A DNA stretch of 64,000 bases, from positions 32,001 to 96,000 of the IMG/VR virus record IMGVR_UViG_3300028859_000013; one strand, given 5' to 3'. The DNA is from a virus. Position 1 is the first letter of the stretch. Each line of letters starts with the position of its first letter. Of the stretch, positions 50,488 through 60,630 are shown piece after piece. The position numbers were made by a program, and so were the translations under genes. The notes beneath the pieces were generated by a model. The model was not told the origin of the DNA. It made no database searches and worked only from the letters and a program-made list of their open reading frames with translations.

Positions 50488-51453
50488 ATGAGTATACCTT
50501 TAAATTGTGATCATCTTTTAAATAAGTCACTTGATATTATATCAGCAAATTATAAAAATATATCAGATGAACAATTTTCAAATAATTCAAATCTATCTGA
50601 TTTTAATTTTATTGATATCGTTTATATTTATGCTCTTACAGATAACGAAAATACTGTAAGATACGTTGGCAAAACAAATAATCCTCACAAAAGAAGATTA
50701 AAACATATATCTGATGCTAAAAATTTAGTCGGAAATAGACATAAATGTAATTGGATTAGAAAGGTGATAAAATCTGGAAATTCTATAAATATTAAAATAT
50801 TAGAAACTTGTAAAGAGGAAGATTGGATTAATAGAGAAAAATTTTGGATTTCTCAATTTAAAAATTTAGTTAATATATCTGAAGGAGGAGAAAGTGGAGG
50901 AAATAAAAAATATCACAAAACATTTAAATATGTAAAAAATTGGGTTAATAAAAATATTCCAGATCTTAAAATAAAAGAAGATTGGTTAGAATATATAAAA
51001 AATAATACGTTACCTAAATTTATACCTAAACACCCGTATACAGCATATAAATGTAAAGGTTGGATTTCTTGGGGTGATTTTTTAAATAATGGAAAAGAAA
51101 CATTCTTGGATTATATTAATTGCAAAATATGGATTAAAAATAATTATCCAAATATAACAACTCAAAAAACTTGGAGACAAAATAAACATTTATTTCCAGG
51201 ATTCATTCCAAAAAGACCAGATTCTACATATAGTAAATCTGGTTGGATATCTTGGAAATCATTTTATCAAAAAGAATTTATGTCATATGATGATTGTAAA
51301 AAATGGTTAAATTATAATTATCCAAAGATTAATACTAGGAATTATTTCGATATTTTTAGCAAATCATCAGATAGACCTTTAAATATACCGAGTTGTCCAT
51401 ATATTGTATATAAAGATAATGGATGGATATCTTGGTCAAAATTTCTTAGATAA
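50488..51453 (+). CDS. GIY-YIG endonuclease with IP..P..Y..GWISW repeats
   Basis: YIY..YVGKT..R...H..E; three C-terminal repeats. Confidence 0.78.
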   Translation: MSIPLNCDHLLNKSLDIISANYKNISDEQFSNNSNLSDFNFIDIVYIYALTDNENTVRYVGKTNNPHKRRLKHISDAKNLVGNRHKCNWIRKVIKSGNSINIKILETCKEEDWINREKFWISQFKNLVNISEGGESGGNKKYHKTFKYVKNWVNKNIPDLKIKEDWLEYIKNNTLPKFIPKHPYTAYKCKGWISWGDFLNNGKETFLDYINCKIWIKNNYPNITTQKTWRQNKHLFPGFIPKRPDSTYSKSGWISWKSFYQKEFMSYDDCKKWLNYNYPKINTRNYFDIFSKSSDRPLNIPSCPYIVYKDNGWISWSKFLR

Positions 51454-51481
51454 AAAGAAACAAAAATACAAAAAAAATAAT

Positions 51482-52012
51482 ATGAAAAAATTAAAAACAT
51501 TTGAATCATATGTAGATGACGCAGAAGAATCTGGATTATATGATGATATGAGTGAGCTTCTTGATAAAGCTAATATTCTTATATGTAATTATAAAGGTAT
51601 TAATCCAGAAGAAAATAATGACGCATCAGATCCAGAAGAAACAAATGATTCATTAGCTAAAATTGCTACGCCAGAAGCAATTAATTTAATTAAAGAAATA
51701 AATGATAAATCTACTGAAATCGATGAGATGGAATCAGAATCATATTATAATGAAGACGATGAATTATCTGAATCTGTAGGTGATTTAGAAGATAGTTTCG
51801 TTAAAATTAATATAGATGAAACTGATTTAGAAGATTCAGATAGAAAAAAATCTGGTAAATTGAATCAAAAAACTGGTAATATTATTATTGAAAATCCAAG
51901 TAAGACAGATGAGTATAACGCAAAAATGAGATTAGGTGGAGAAGTTATTGTTGATCCTAAATTTCCTGAAAAATCTATACATCACGTAAAAAGTTTTAAT
52001 GATTTTCATTAA
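51482..52012 (+). CDS. Acidic protein with capsid-targeting-like N-terminus
   Basis: True start likely MKKLKTFESY at 51482; ends VKSFNDFH. Confidence 0.55.
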   Translation: MKKLKTFESYVDDAEESGLYDDMSELLDKANILICNYKGINPEENNDASDPEETNDSLAKIATPEAINLIKEINDKSTEIDEMESESYYNEDDELSESVGDLEDSFVKINIDETDLEDSDRKKSGKLNQKTGNIIIENPSKTDEYNAKMRLGGEVIVDPKFPEKSIHHVKSFNDFH

Positions 52013-52042
52013 TAGAACCATGTAAATGAAATATATAATATA

Positions 52043-52366
52043 ATGGGATATATTTATTTATTAGAATCATCTAATGATGATGGTATAATTTACAAAATTG
52101 GTTATACAAAAAATTCAGTCCAAAAAAGAATTAATTCATTACAAACAGGCAATCCTTTTTTAATAAAGGAATTGTGCTGCTTTCAAACGAAATATAATCA
52201 AAGATTAGAAAAAAGTCTACACAATTTCTATTCTCATTGTAGATTAAATGGTGAATGGTTCAAATTAAATATATCGGAGATTAATAATTTCATTACGTTA
52301 TGTAATAAATTAGAAAATAATTTTGAAAATCTACAAAATAATCATTTTATTTCAAAAATGTTTTGA
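52043..52366 (+). CDS. GIY-YIG (T5orf172/MUG113-like) nuclease
   Basis: YIYL..YKIGYT..RI..LQTGNP..LH..GEWF. Confidence 0.85.
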   Translation: MGYIYLLESSNDDGIIYKIGYTKNSVQKRINSLQTGNPFLIKELCCFQTKYNQRLEKSLHNFYSHCRLNGEWFKLNISEINNFITLCNKLENNFENLQNNHFISKMF

Positions 52367-52445
52367 TATATCAAATAAAAATACTATCTTTGTACTCAAT
52401 TCTAAAACAAATTATGTTTTTAAACATATAATAATAGTATAATAA

Positions 52446-52518
52446 GGATCATTAGCCAAGTCGTTACGGCATCTGGCTCATAACCAGAAGATCGTTGGTT
52501 CGATTCCAACATGATCCA
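52446..52518 (+). tRNA. tRNA-CAT (Met or lysidine-Ile2)
   Basis: GGATCAT/ATGATCC; TCTGG-CTCATAA-CCAGA; GTTGG-TTCGATT-CCAAC. Confidence 0.85.
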
Positions 52519-52564
52519 CAATCATAAATTTTTATGATTATAATAAAATAATAAATAAATAAAG

Positions 52565-52726
52565 ATGAAAAAAGTAATTTTAATGATCGCAGTTATTGCT
52601 GCTTTTACATTTGCTTCTTGTACTCCAAAGAGTGCAAAATCTACAACTCCTGCTCAGGATTCAATTTCTGCTGTTGATTCAGCTAGTGTTGATACAGTAG
52701 CAGTTGATACTGTAGTAGCAAAGTAA
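52565..52726 (+). CDS. Small Bacteroidota-type lipoprotein (not in ORF track)
   Basis: MKKVILMIAVIAAFTFAS-C lipobox, then TPKSAKSTTPAQDSISAVDSASVDTVAVDTVVAK; terminator at 52753-52786. Confidence 0.8.
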   Translation: MKKVILMIAVIAAFTFASCTPKSAKSTTPAQDSISAVDSASVDTVAVDTVVAK

Positions 52727-52861
52727 CAAATTTGTAAATAATTTGCGAAAATAAAAAAATCTGTATTTTTTAATACAGATTTTTTTATTTTCTATAAACT
52801 TGTAATATTTTTTGTACTATTATTGATAACTCAGTTGTTGAATATATAGGAGAAAAAATAT

Positions 52862-53356
52862 ATGAATACAATAATGGCATTTATTTTAGGAATGTTGTCA
52901 GTTATAGTTTTTGCAGCGATTGTAATGGGTGTAATTGCATTTTTTAGGGTAATAAAAATGAATAAGAAAATTATTGAATTAGAAACAAATATGACAAATA
53001 ATGTTGGTGAAATATATGATAATATGCAAATACAATCGACTGATTTATCTAATATGATTTCTAAGTTAGAAAAATCTACAGAAAATAATTTTAGTGAAAC
53101 ACACAATATTATTAATAATAATGTAGAGACATTAAATAATGAAATTTCACAATTATCTAGTGAAATTTATCGTACAATGGATTCAAGATTCAATAAATTT
53201 GAGAATAAAGTTGATAGCGAAAGAGAAACTGTTTATAGAACAATGGATTCAAGATTTGCTAATGTTGAAAATAAAATTAATAGTGAAAATGTATCTATTA
53301 ATAGAAATATTGAGTTTAGATTTAATGAACTTGATAAAAAATCAAAAGGTGAATAA
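52862..53356 (+). CDS. Membrane-anchored coiled-coil protein with YRTMDSRF repeats
   Basis: N-terminal TM helix; two full and one degenerate YRTMDSRF..ENK repeat. Confidence 0.6.
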   Translation: MNTIMAFILGMLSVIVFAAIVMGVIAFFRVIKMNKKIIELETNMTNNVGEIYDNMQIQSTDLSNMISKLEKSTENNFSETHNIINNNVETLNNEISQLSSEIYRTMDSRFNKFENKVDSERETVYRTMDSRFANVENKINSENVSINRNIEFRFNELDKKSKGE

Positions 53357-53404
53357 CCTTTATAAAAATAATAAAAATTCAACAACCGAGTTAATAAAAA
53401 ATCA

Positions 53405-53803
53405 TCAATTTTTAATTGATGATTTTTTGTTTTTATATTTTCTATTATTGTAAGGCGTGATAATTTTATTATGTGAAAATGTGAAATTTTTAAGTTTTTT
53501 AGTAAGTTGTTTTCTTGGATTAAACATCTTCATTAATTCTTTCATGATACTCTTATCAATTTCTTTTGATAGTTCTAAGCTAAAAATTTCTGAAACATCT
53601 GCTATAGTTGAATGATTAACTATATCATTAATTTTATTATATAATTTTACATTATCAATAGATAATATTTTTATTTTTCTTGTAATTTTATCAGTAGTAG
53701 AATAATAGATATTAGGAAAATCAGTAAAATATATATAAAAATGACTTTCTATAAATTTTATTTCTGATTTTCTATTTGCTGTATATTTATATAAGTTATT
53801 CAT
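53405..53803 (-). CDS. Hypothetical protein
   Basis: ORF. Confidence 0.45.
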   Translation of the reverse strand: MNNLYKYTANRKSEIKFIESHFYIYFTDFPNIYYSTTDKITRKIKILSIDNVKLYNKINDIVNHSTIADVSEIFSLELSKEIDKSIMKELMKMFNPRKQLTKKLKNFTFSHNKIITPYNNRKYKNKKSSIKN

Positions 53804-53815
53804 TTAGTTATTTAG

Positions 53816-54295
53816 TTATTTTCCAGTTGTTCCAAATCCGCCTCTATTTTCGGAATTCAAATCATCAACATAAATAATATTAATACCATTTGAGAAAAGC
53901 CATTTTAATTTTACCCAAAATGGTGCAAACATTGTTGGCTTGATTTCAAATTGACAAATTCTTTCACTTTCATTAATTGTAATATCATCCATAGCTAATG
54001 CTGCAAATTTCCATCTATCGTTATTACCAGAATATCCAGATTCTTTTTTTGTTGGACCATCAACAACTCCATAGTGATTTGTTTGTAATAGTTTAAAGTT
54101 TTTATATGTACCAGATCTTGGTACTATATTACCTTGATAATATTTAGGTAGTTTCATAGAAACTCCTAAATCAAGTAATTTAAAATCGAATTTTTTAAGC
54201 GTTGTAGTTTCAGACACTCTTAAATCTATCCAGTTTCCAAATGAAACCAATTCACAATTTTCATTGTGCAATTTAACGTATATTTTTATTTTCAT
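53816..54295 (-). CDS. dut: Trimeric dUTPase
   Basis: WIDLR, PRSG, GVVD..Y.G, RICQ and RGGFGTTG. Confidence 0.9.
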   Translation of the reverse strand: MKIKIYVKLHNENCELVSFGNWIDLRVSETTTLKKFDFKLLDLGVSMKLPKYYQGNIVPRSGTYKNFKLLQTNHYGVVDGPTKKESGYSGNNDRWKFAALAMDDITINESERICQFEIKPTMFAPFWVKLKWLFSNGINIIYVDDLNSENRGGFGTTGK

Positions 54296-54333
54296 TATAT
54301 TTTTAATTTTTTTAATTTAATTTTTCTATTATT

Positions 54334-54591
54334 TTAATTTTCAAATTTAACTATTTTATAATCTTTCAAATTTATATTATCAGTAGATGGATTTTTATAA
54401 TTCATAGAAAATTGCGGATGCACATTTATCCTGTATGCAATTTCAGCTTCATCTTTAGTTTTAACGAACCATAATGGTGAATATATACATGTAGTGAAAA
54501 AATATTCCTGTCCAAATTCAGAATCACCATTTTTTAAATCACATCTGATAATTTCGTTAGTTTCTTTGTTTATAAATGTCCAAGCTTCCAT
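54334..54591 (-). CDS. Hypothetical protein
   Basis: ORF. Confidence 0.45.
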   Translation of the reverse strand: MEAWTFINKETNEIIRCDLKNGDSEFGQEYFFTTCIYSPLWFVKTKDEAEIAYRINVHPQFSMNYKNPSTDNINLKDYKIVKFEN

Positions 54592-55234
54592 ATATTTCTA
54601 TTATTTTTTTTTCTAATTCTTCATCAAATATCAAATCATCAAATTTAAATTTTAATACGTTTGAATTATAATTTTTTAAATTATCTAAATATGTTTTAAT
54701 TTTATTATCTGATTGATTTTTAAGAATAACTCCAGTAATATCATTTGATGTGAACGCGTATAATTTTTCAGTTGTAACTAATCCATTCCAAATATGTATA
54801 GCATCCTTTGAACTGTATTTATTTGTAGTTATAAATCCTACTTTATCTATTACAAATAAATATAATTTATATCCTAAACTAATACCTCTCAATAAATCTG
54901 GAATTCCTTTTTTAAAATCTATTAAATTTAGATTATTTATATCATAAGAAAATTCAAATTGTAAATCTGTTGATATTTTAGTTTCTAAATCTTTATTAAT
55001 TTTATTAATTTTATCAATAAATATATTATCTGGTGTTATACAAAAATCATAAGATTTATCATTATAGTTAAAGTTGGATATATCATATTCAATCAATTCA
55101 ATTAATGATAATCTATAATTTTCAGCATCTTCTACATAATCACTTAATCTTCTTTTTAAATATGTTCTTTCAGTTTTTTTTAAATCAGCTAACACATTTT
55201 TAGTGAAAGCTTCAAATTGTTTTATATAACTCAT
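54557..55234 (-). CDS. Hypothetical protein, possible GNAT-like fold
   Basis: P.LLRGISLGYKLY and S..A..IW motifs; starts MSYIKQFEAF. Confidence 0.5.
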   Translation of the reverse strand: MSYIKQFEAFTKNVLADLKKTERTYLKRRLSDYVEDAENYRLSLIELIEYDISNFNYNDKSYDFCITPDNIFIDKINKINKDLETKISTDLQFEFSYDINNLNLIDFKKGIPDLLRGISLGYKLYLFVIDKVGFITTNKYSSKDAIHIWNGLVTTEKLYAFTSNDITGVILKNQSDNKIKTYLDNLKNYNSNVLKFKFDDLIFDEELEKKIIEIYGSLDIYKQRN

Positions 55235-55251
55235 TATTTAATTATTTTATC

Positions 55252-56325
55252 TTATGAATTCCAATAATCATCATCATTTTTTATGTCTACTATTTTAACT
55301 TCATTTATAACTTGATTAAATTTTGGATCCAAATCTACTTGATTTGAAATTAGTTTATCTGCGAATTCTTTAAAAATTTTAAATTTATTATTTGAATCCA
55401 TATCGGTTAATTTAATAAAAGTTTTAGGATCATAATTTAAAATCAATAATTCTGTACCTTTTGTATCTTTTGTTTCAGAAAAACTTGCAGATGAACGAAA
55501 GAAATCTTTTTGTAACCAAATATATTCATCTTTAGGTAAATATTTGGATAATTCTGGAAAATCGTAGTAAGATAATGCCCAACGGGATTTTGTTGTTTTT
55601 AAAAGTTCTAATAGTCTAATATGAGTTTTTTGATTGAAACTATCTTTTACTCCATACCATGAGGCTCTTTTTCCAGTGTCATTGCCATCTTCATCATTAC
55701 TGAAGTATGGTGGATCTAAATAAAAAAATGTATCTTTTGAATCATACATATTTATCAATTCTTCAAAATCTAAGCTATGAACGTTTGTTATTTTAGATAA
55801 TTTATTTTGATATTCTTTTTTCTTTAATTTATTTATTAATGCATATAATTTAATTTTATTAGTGCCACCTATACCACTATATCCCCCACTTCTAGGGTAA
55901 ACACCGTTAAACGTTGAAGTTAATAAAAATGCATATTTTACTCCAGCATCAAAATCTGGTATATTTGTTGGTGGATTATCTAAAAAATTAGTTTCACTCT
56001 TATCATGTTTATATGAGTAAAATATATCTTTATGAAATTTTTTATATTCTTCTCCAGTTTTATCTGTTTTTAAAAATCCATTATTTATTTCATCCTCTAT
56101 ATGAGATAAAAAAGTTTTGTGCTCTTTTAAGCATGCAAATAAATTTGCCATATGTTTATTGTAATCATTATAAATTATATTTTCAACGTGCGAATAGTCC
56201 AATTTAGGACTAGTATATACCCACATAGCGCCACTAAATGGTTCAGAAAATGTTTTTATGTCTTTTGGTATGTAGTTGTATATCCAGCCGGCCATACGGC
56301 TTTTTGCCCCGAAATATGAAATCAT
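55252..56325 (-). CDS. Dam-like (D12 class) DNA adenine methyltransferase
   Basis: Y.G.K, EPFSG, YND and LDPPY motifs. Confidence 0.9.
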   Translation of the reverse strand: MISYFGAKSRMAGWIYNYIPKDIKTFSEPFSGAMWVYTSPKLDYSHVENIIYNDYNKHMANLFACLKEHKTFLSHIEDEINNGFLKTDKTGEEYKKFHKDIFYSYKHDKSETNFLDNPPTNIPDFDAGVKYAFLLTSTFNGVYPRSGGYSGIGGTNKIKLYALINKLKKKEYQNKLSKITNVHSLDFEELINMYDSKDTFFYLDPPYFSNDEDGNDTGKRASWYGVKDSFNQKTHIRLLELLKTTKSRWALSYYDFPELSKYLPKDEYIWLQKDFFRSSASFSETKDTKGTELLILNYDPKTFIKLTDMDSNNKFKIFKEFADKLISNQVDLDPKFNQVINEVKIVDIKNDDDYWNS

Positions 56326-56349
56326 TTTTTTGTTATTATTTTTATTTAT

Positions 56350-57354
56350 TTAGTCTAATCTTTTGCCTTTGTTTAAATTTCCTTCATAAAAAACTTCATC
56401 AATTATTCTACTTGTTGCCCACATAGGGTTTAAATTTGTTAATGCATTTACAATAGATGGTAAGTCAGTTGATTCAAATGTAGCTATACTACGAACATGA
56501 TCTATGTGCCATTCTCCATAGTTATCCCAACTCATACCTATTGTAAATTTGGATTCAATGTTCATTTTAAATTCTTCTGCTGAATAACCTAATATATTTA
56601 TTGTTTTATCATATTTTGTAGTATTAAAATACGAAAATGTTCTTTTTAAAACAGCTCTCCACGCATATCTATATTTATTTTTATTGTAATTCTCATTATA
56701 TCTTTTTCTACTTCTTTCTTTATTTTTCTGTTGGTATTCTTTACGTTTTATTTTATATTTTTCTGATTGTCTTCTTTTATTTGCTTTTTTTAAAATTTCC
56801 TCTTTATTTAATTTATAATATTCTCTTCTTTCTTGTGCTAATCTTTCTTTATCTTTTTCATATTTTTCTTTATCTTTTTCATATTTTTCTTTATTTTTTT
56901 CTTTAATTTTTTCTCTAAATTCATCATTCAACATATCTTTATGATATTTTAATTTTTGTTTCTCTCTATATTCTTCTTTACTTTGTTTAACTTTTTTTAT
57001 TTTTGGTTCAAATGTAATAACTATTTTTTTACATTTTTTAATTATAGTTAAAATTTTTTTAATATTCTTATCTAATTCAATAATCTTTTTTCTGTTCTTT
57101 GAATTAATATCACTTGGTTTAATTATTTTTTCTTTTTTCTTTTTTTTATAATAAATCTTTCTATCAATTTTTAATTTTTCTTTATTTTTAATTCTATATT
57201 TTTTTGCGTTTATCCTTAATTGTTCTCTATTTTCTTTTTTATATTTATTTCTACATTCTTTACAAGAATCAGTAAATCCATCCTTACTATACTTATCTTT
57301 TGAAAATTCTTCAAGTTCTTTTTCTTCCCCACATTTTTTACATATTTTTTTCAT
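56350..57354 (-). CDS. HNH homing endonuclease, paralog of 28426..29112
   Basis: GMSWDNYGEWHIDH..NLNPMW..YEGNLN. Confidence 0.78.
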   Translation of the reverse strand: MKKICKKCGEEKELEEFSKDKYSKDGFTDSCKECRNKYKKENREQLRINAKKYRIKNKEKLKIDRKIYYKKKKKEKIIKPSDINSKNRKKIIELDKNIKKILTIIKKCKKIVITFEPKIKKVKQSKEEYREKQKLKYHKDMLNDEFREKIKEKNKEKYEKDKEKYEKDKERLAQERREYYKLNKEEILKKANKRRQSEKYKIKRKEYQQKNKERSRKRYNENYNKNKYRYAWRAVLKRTFSYFNTTKYDKTINILGYSAEEFKMNIESKFTIGMSWDNYGEWHIDHVRSIATFESTDLPSIVNALTNLNPMWATSRIIDEVFYEGNLNKGKRLD

Positions 57355-57518
57355 TAGTCATAATATTCTTTTTTATCAATAGCTTTATGCTCAATAAGAT
57401 CTGAATATATTAGATATTCAATATATTTTGATATATTGTTGATATTATTGTTCAGATATTCTCTGATATTTTCACTTAAGCACACTGATAATTTTTCTTT
57501 TGTCGTTATTTTTTTCAT
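57354..57518 (-). CDS. Small RHH-like protein (not in ORF track)
   Basis: MKKITTKEKLSVCLSENIREYLNNNINNISKYIEYLIYSDL; TAATG coupling to the HNH gene. Confidence 0.65.
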   Translation of the reverse strand: MKKITTKEKLSVCLSENIREYLNNNINNISKYIEYLIYSDLIEHKAIDKKEYYD

Positions 57519-57631
57519 ATATTATTTATTCTTTAAGGGTATATATAAATAAAGTAAGGTTATGTTTTGATATTTAATAAATTATTTTAAACAAAAAAAT
57601 AGATTTTTATTATAAATAATAAAAATCTATT

Positions 57632-57796
57632 ATGTCATTTGAAAAATTTAAAATAAAATCAAATAAAAAATCTATTGGTATAACATTAGATATAGAAATA
57701 AATAAAAATTTAGATAAATATTTAGAAAAAATTAAAATGAGTAAATCTGAATATATTGAATATTTAATAGAAAAAGATATAAAAAAAGCTGATTAA
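57632..57796 (+). CDS. Small RHH-like protein (not in ORF track)
   Basis: KKSIGITLDIEINKNLDKYLEKIKMSKSEYIEYLIEKDI. Confidence 0.7.
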   Translation: MSFEKFKIKSNKKSIGITLDIEINKNLDKYLEKIKMSKSEYIEYLIEKDIKKAD

Positions 57797-58038
57797 ATAT
57801 CAGCTTTTTTGTTTAATTTTTCAAGTTTTTTCTTTCTAATTAATATATTAACATATCTTTGATGTTCTTGAGAACCATGTCATTCATTAAATGATAATTT
57901 ATTATCAAAATCTATGATATAAATAGTATCATCATTATCTTCTTCATTATATTGTGAATCACTAAAATATTTTCTGTAAGCTTTAATATCAACTGCAAGT
58001 TTTTCCGCATTTTATAAAGGCATTCCGTAGTCTATCAT
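57793..58038 (-). pseudogene. RxxKL-family gene with in-frame TAA and TGA
   Basis: MIDYGMPL*NAEKLAV...FNE*HGSQ...IRKKKLEKL. Confidence 0.55.
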
Positions 58039-58496
58039 ATATTAGTTTTCACATCTTCTTTACCCCATTCACTTTCAAATTGAGTTCTCATTTCTTCATA
58101 TTTTCCGTACATTTCTTTGAATCTATTAGTATCTTCAATTGAAATAATTTTACAACTAAAAAAACATGGATATCCATTAACACTTCTTGGTCCTGCTTGA
58201 CTATAGCTTTCATAAAGCATACCTATTGTTCTTAAATATTCTTCACGTTTGTGAGTATTATTTTTATATTCAGTACATTCATCCAGATAGTTAAGTTTAT
58301 TTTTTCTATCAATTTTTATTTTTCCTGTTAAATCAGGAATAGTTGGAGCAGATCCTAAAAATATAAAAGGCATAAAAATCATCATCAAGTCACTTTGGCT
58401 ACATTGAAGAGATGTGAATATTTTACAATCAAATACATTTTTAACGAGTTCTTTAAGTTCATCGTTAGTCATTTTATGATGTTCCCAGTTTGTCAT
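58035..58496 (-). CDS. Hypothetical phage protein
   Basis: AGPRSVNGYP.FFS motif-like segment. Confidence 0.55.
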   Translation of the reverse strand: MTNWEHHKMTNDELKELVKNVFDCKIFTSLQCSQSDLMMIFMPFIFLGSAPTIPDLTGKIKIDRKNKLNYLDECTEYKNNTHKREEYLRTIGMLYESYSQAGPRSVNGYPCFFSCKIISIEDTNRFKEMYGKYEEMRTQFESEWGKEDVKTNI

Positions 58497-60490
58497 TATT
58501 TTCTTATTATGTTATTTTTTACGTTAAGAATAGAATTATTATCAACTGTCCAATATTCATCATTAGAGTCAGAATTTCTAATATGTAAATATTCTAAGCC
58601 AGATGTGTACAATTCTTTATTTGTTTCTGAATTGAATCCTGATAATACAGCTGAATTTGAACCAGCATCAAGAGATTCTTCACAAGCTTCTTGCATAGCA
58701 TCTAAAATCAAATCTACATTACAGTCATTGATAACATCATTTTTCAATATGATTGAATTTAGATGTTTTTCAAGAATTGTTCTTAAATTAATTTTTTCCA
58801 TTTTTAGTTTTTTTAATGATTAAAATAAATTTTCTGGATCTTCTTTTTTTAACATATTTAATTTTCTATACCTTATCTCTTGCTCAAAATTATATAAATA
58901 TTCATCTATTCTTTCTTTACCATACATAGTTTTAAAAGATGTTTCTCTTTTTTTCATTTGTGATAATGCGTTACATAAATGATTATTTTTCATATTTATT
59001 ATTTTTCTAGATATACCATTTGCTGTAATCCATTCTAAATTTTTATCTCTCATTATAAACCACTGATATATTTTTAAGTTTTTCTAAAACTTCTTTTTCA
59101 TCTTTAAATTTTTCTATCCAATCATTCAAATCACAATTATTATATACTATGCTACATGTAGCTGTCATCTCAATTTGATCAATAAATACTTCTTTATAAT
59201 ATTTATCATTTTTTTGTGTATTATCAGAAAAATAATTGTTATATGTTCTATCTATTATTTCTTTATTTTCTGAGTCTTGATATTCTTTTATTCTATCTTT
59301 TTTCATATGCTTTCAATTTTTCTAATTTTTCTTTTCTTTTCATTTCTATATAATTACACGTGAATGAATTTCTATTATTAACATATTTAAGATTTGAGCA
59401 AAATTCACAATCATGGGTACAATAGAGGCTACTAATTTTGACTCCTTTCAAATGATGGCAATCATTTAATGTACCAAATGTATAAACATCATAATATTCT
59501 TTCATTTTAATATTTTATATTTAAGTCTATTAAGTCTTTTGATTTTTCTTTTTCTAGCATCTTTTAATGTATATTTATAGGATGATTTATAAAAAAATAT
59601 TACAATAATATAGTCAGTAAATTCTTTAGCAATTATTCTAAATACAAGAAAAAATAAAAAAGTTCTAAAAATATTAAATAATGTAAATGTTTCTCCTATA
59701 TAACTAATACATATAATACCTAAAAATATAATCAAAGGTAATATAATATATAATCTACTTCTAATGTGATCTTTTTTACTATTTCTTACTTTACAATTAT
59801 TGATAATTTTTTTATCAACAGTAAAAACATAAGTATAAAATGATTTAATAAATATTTTTAGAATATTCATATTTAATTAGATATGAATTTTATTATTTTT
59901 TATCAAATTATAAATAATTTCATTCATATTTAGAATTAAATATTCTTGAACTTCATTTTTAATATATTCTATTCTATCTACATCTGATGAAGAATTCCAA
60001 TCTTCTAACTCTGGACTAGTTTTTATTTTAAACTTATCAATTTCTACTGTAATAGTTAGTTCTTTTTTCATAATTATTTTTAATATTTGTAGCAAAAAGG
60101 AGGATTTAATCCTTGATTTTCATATTCTTTCTCTTTTACCAAATCTTTCAATATAGATTGGCATTCAGCTTTTCCTTCCCTTAGAGATGATTTATACCAT
60201 ATTACAAGCTCATTTTCAGGTGGATAATGTTCTTTATCCATACTGGATTCTTTCAACAATTCTTTATACGATGATACCATATCTTCAAAACTACGTATAA
60301 TTTTAGATAGGGAGTACTCTACTACAATTTTTTCTTCTAATATTGTTATGTCATCTACATCGAAATAAAACCGAGTTGTTTCTATCATATCCTTTTTATT
60401 TGCCATTATTCTTATATTTTTAATATTCAACAAAGATAATTCATTATTTTTGAATAAAAAATTAATATCATTAAAAAATATGTTAATCAT
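58496..60490 (-). other. Run of seven short, tightly packed hypothetical ORFs (58496-58801, 58820-59053, 59043-59306, 59293-59505, 59502-59870, 59877-60095, 60080-60490)
   Basis: Coupled starts and stops on one strand; several end in RxxKL motifs. Confidence 0.55.
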
Positions 60491-60630
60491 TATTAATTTG
60501 TATTATATTTCTGTTTTTTGCTGATTTTATGACATATTATTATTACCTTTGTATATTAAAATAAATTATTGAATTATGGTTTCAATAATAACATTTTTAA
60601 TATATCCGCACAATTCAGGAAAAAGTATAT

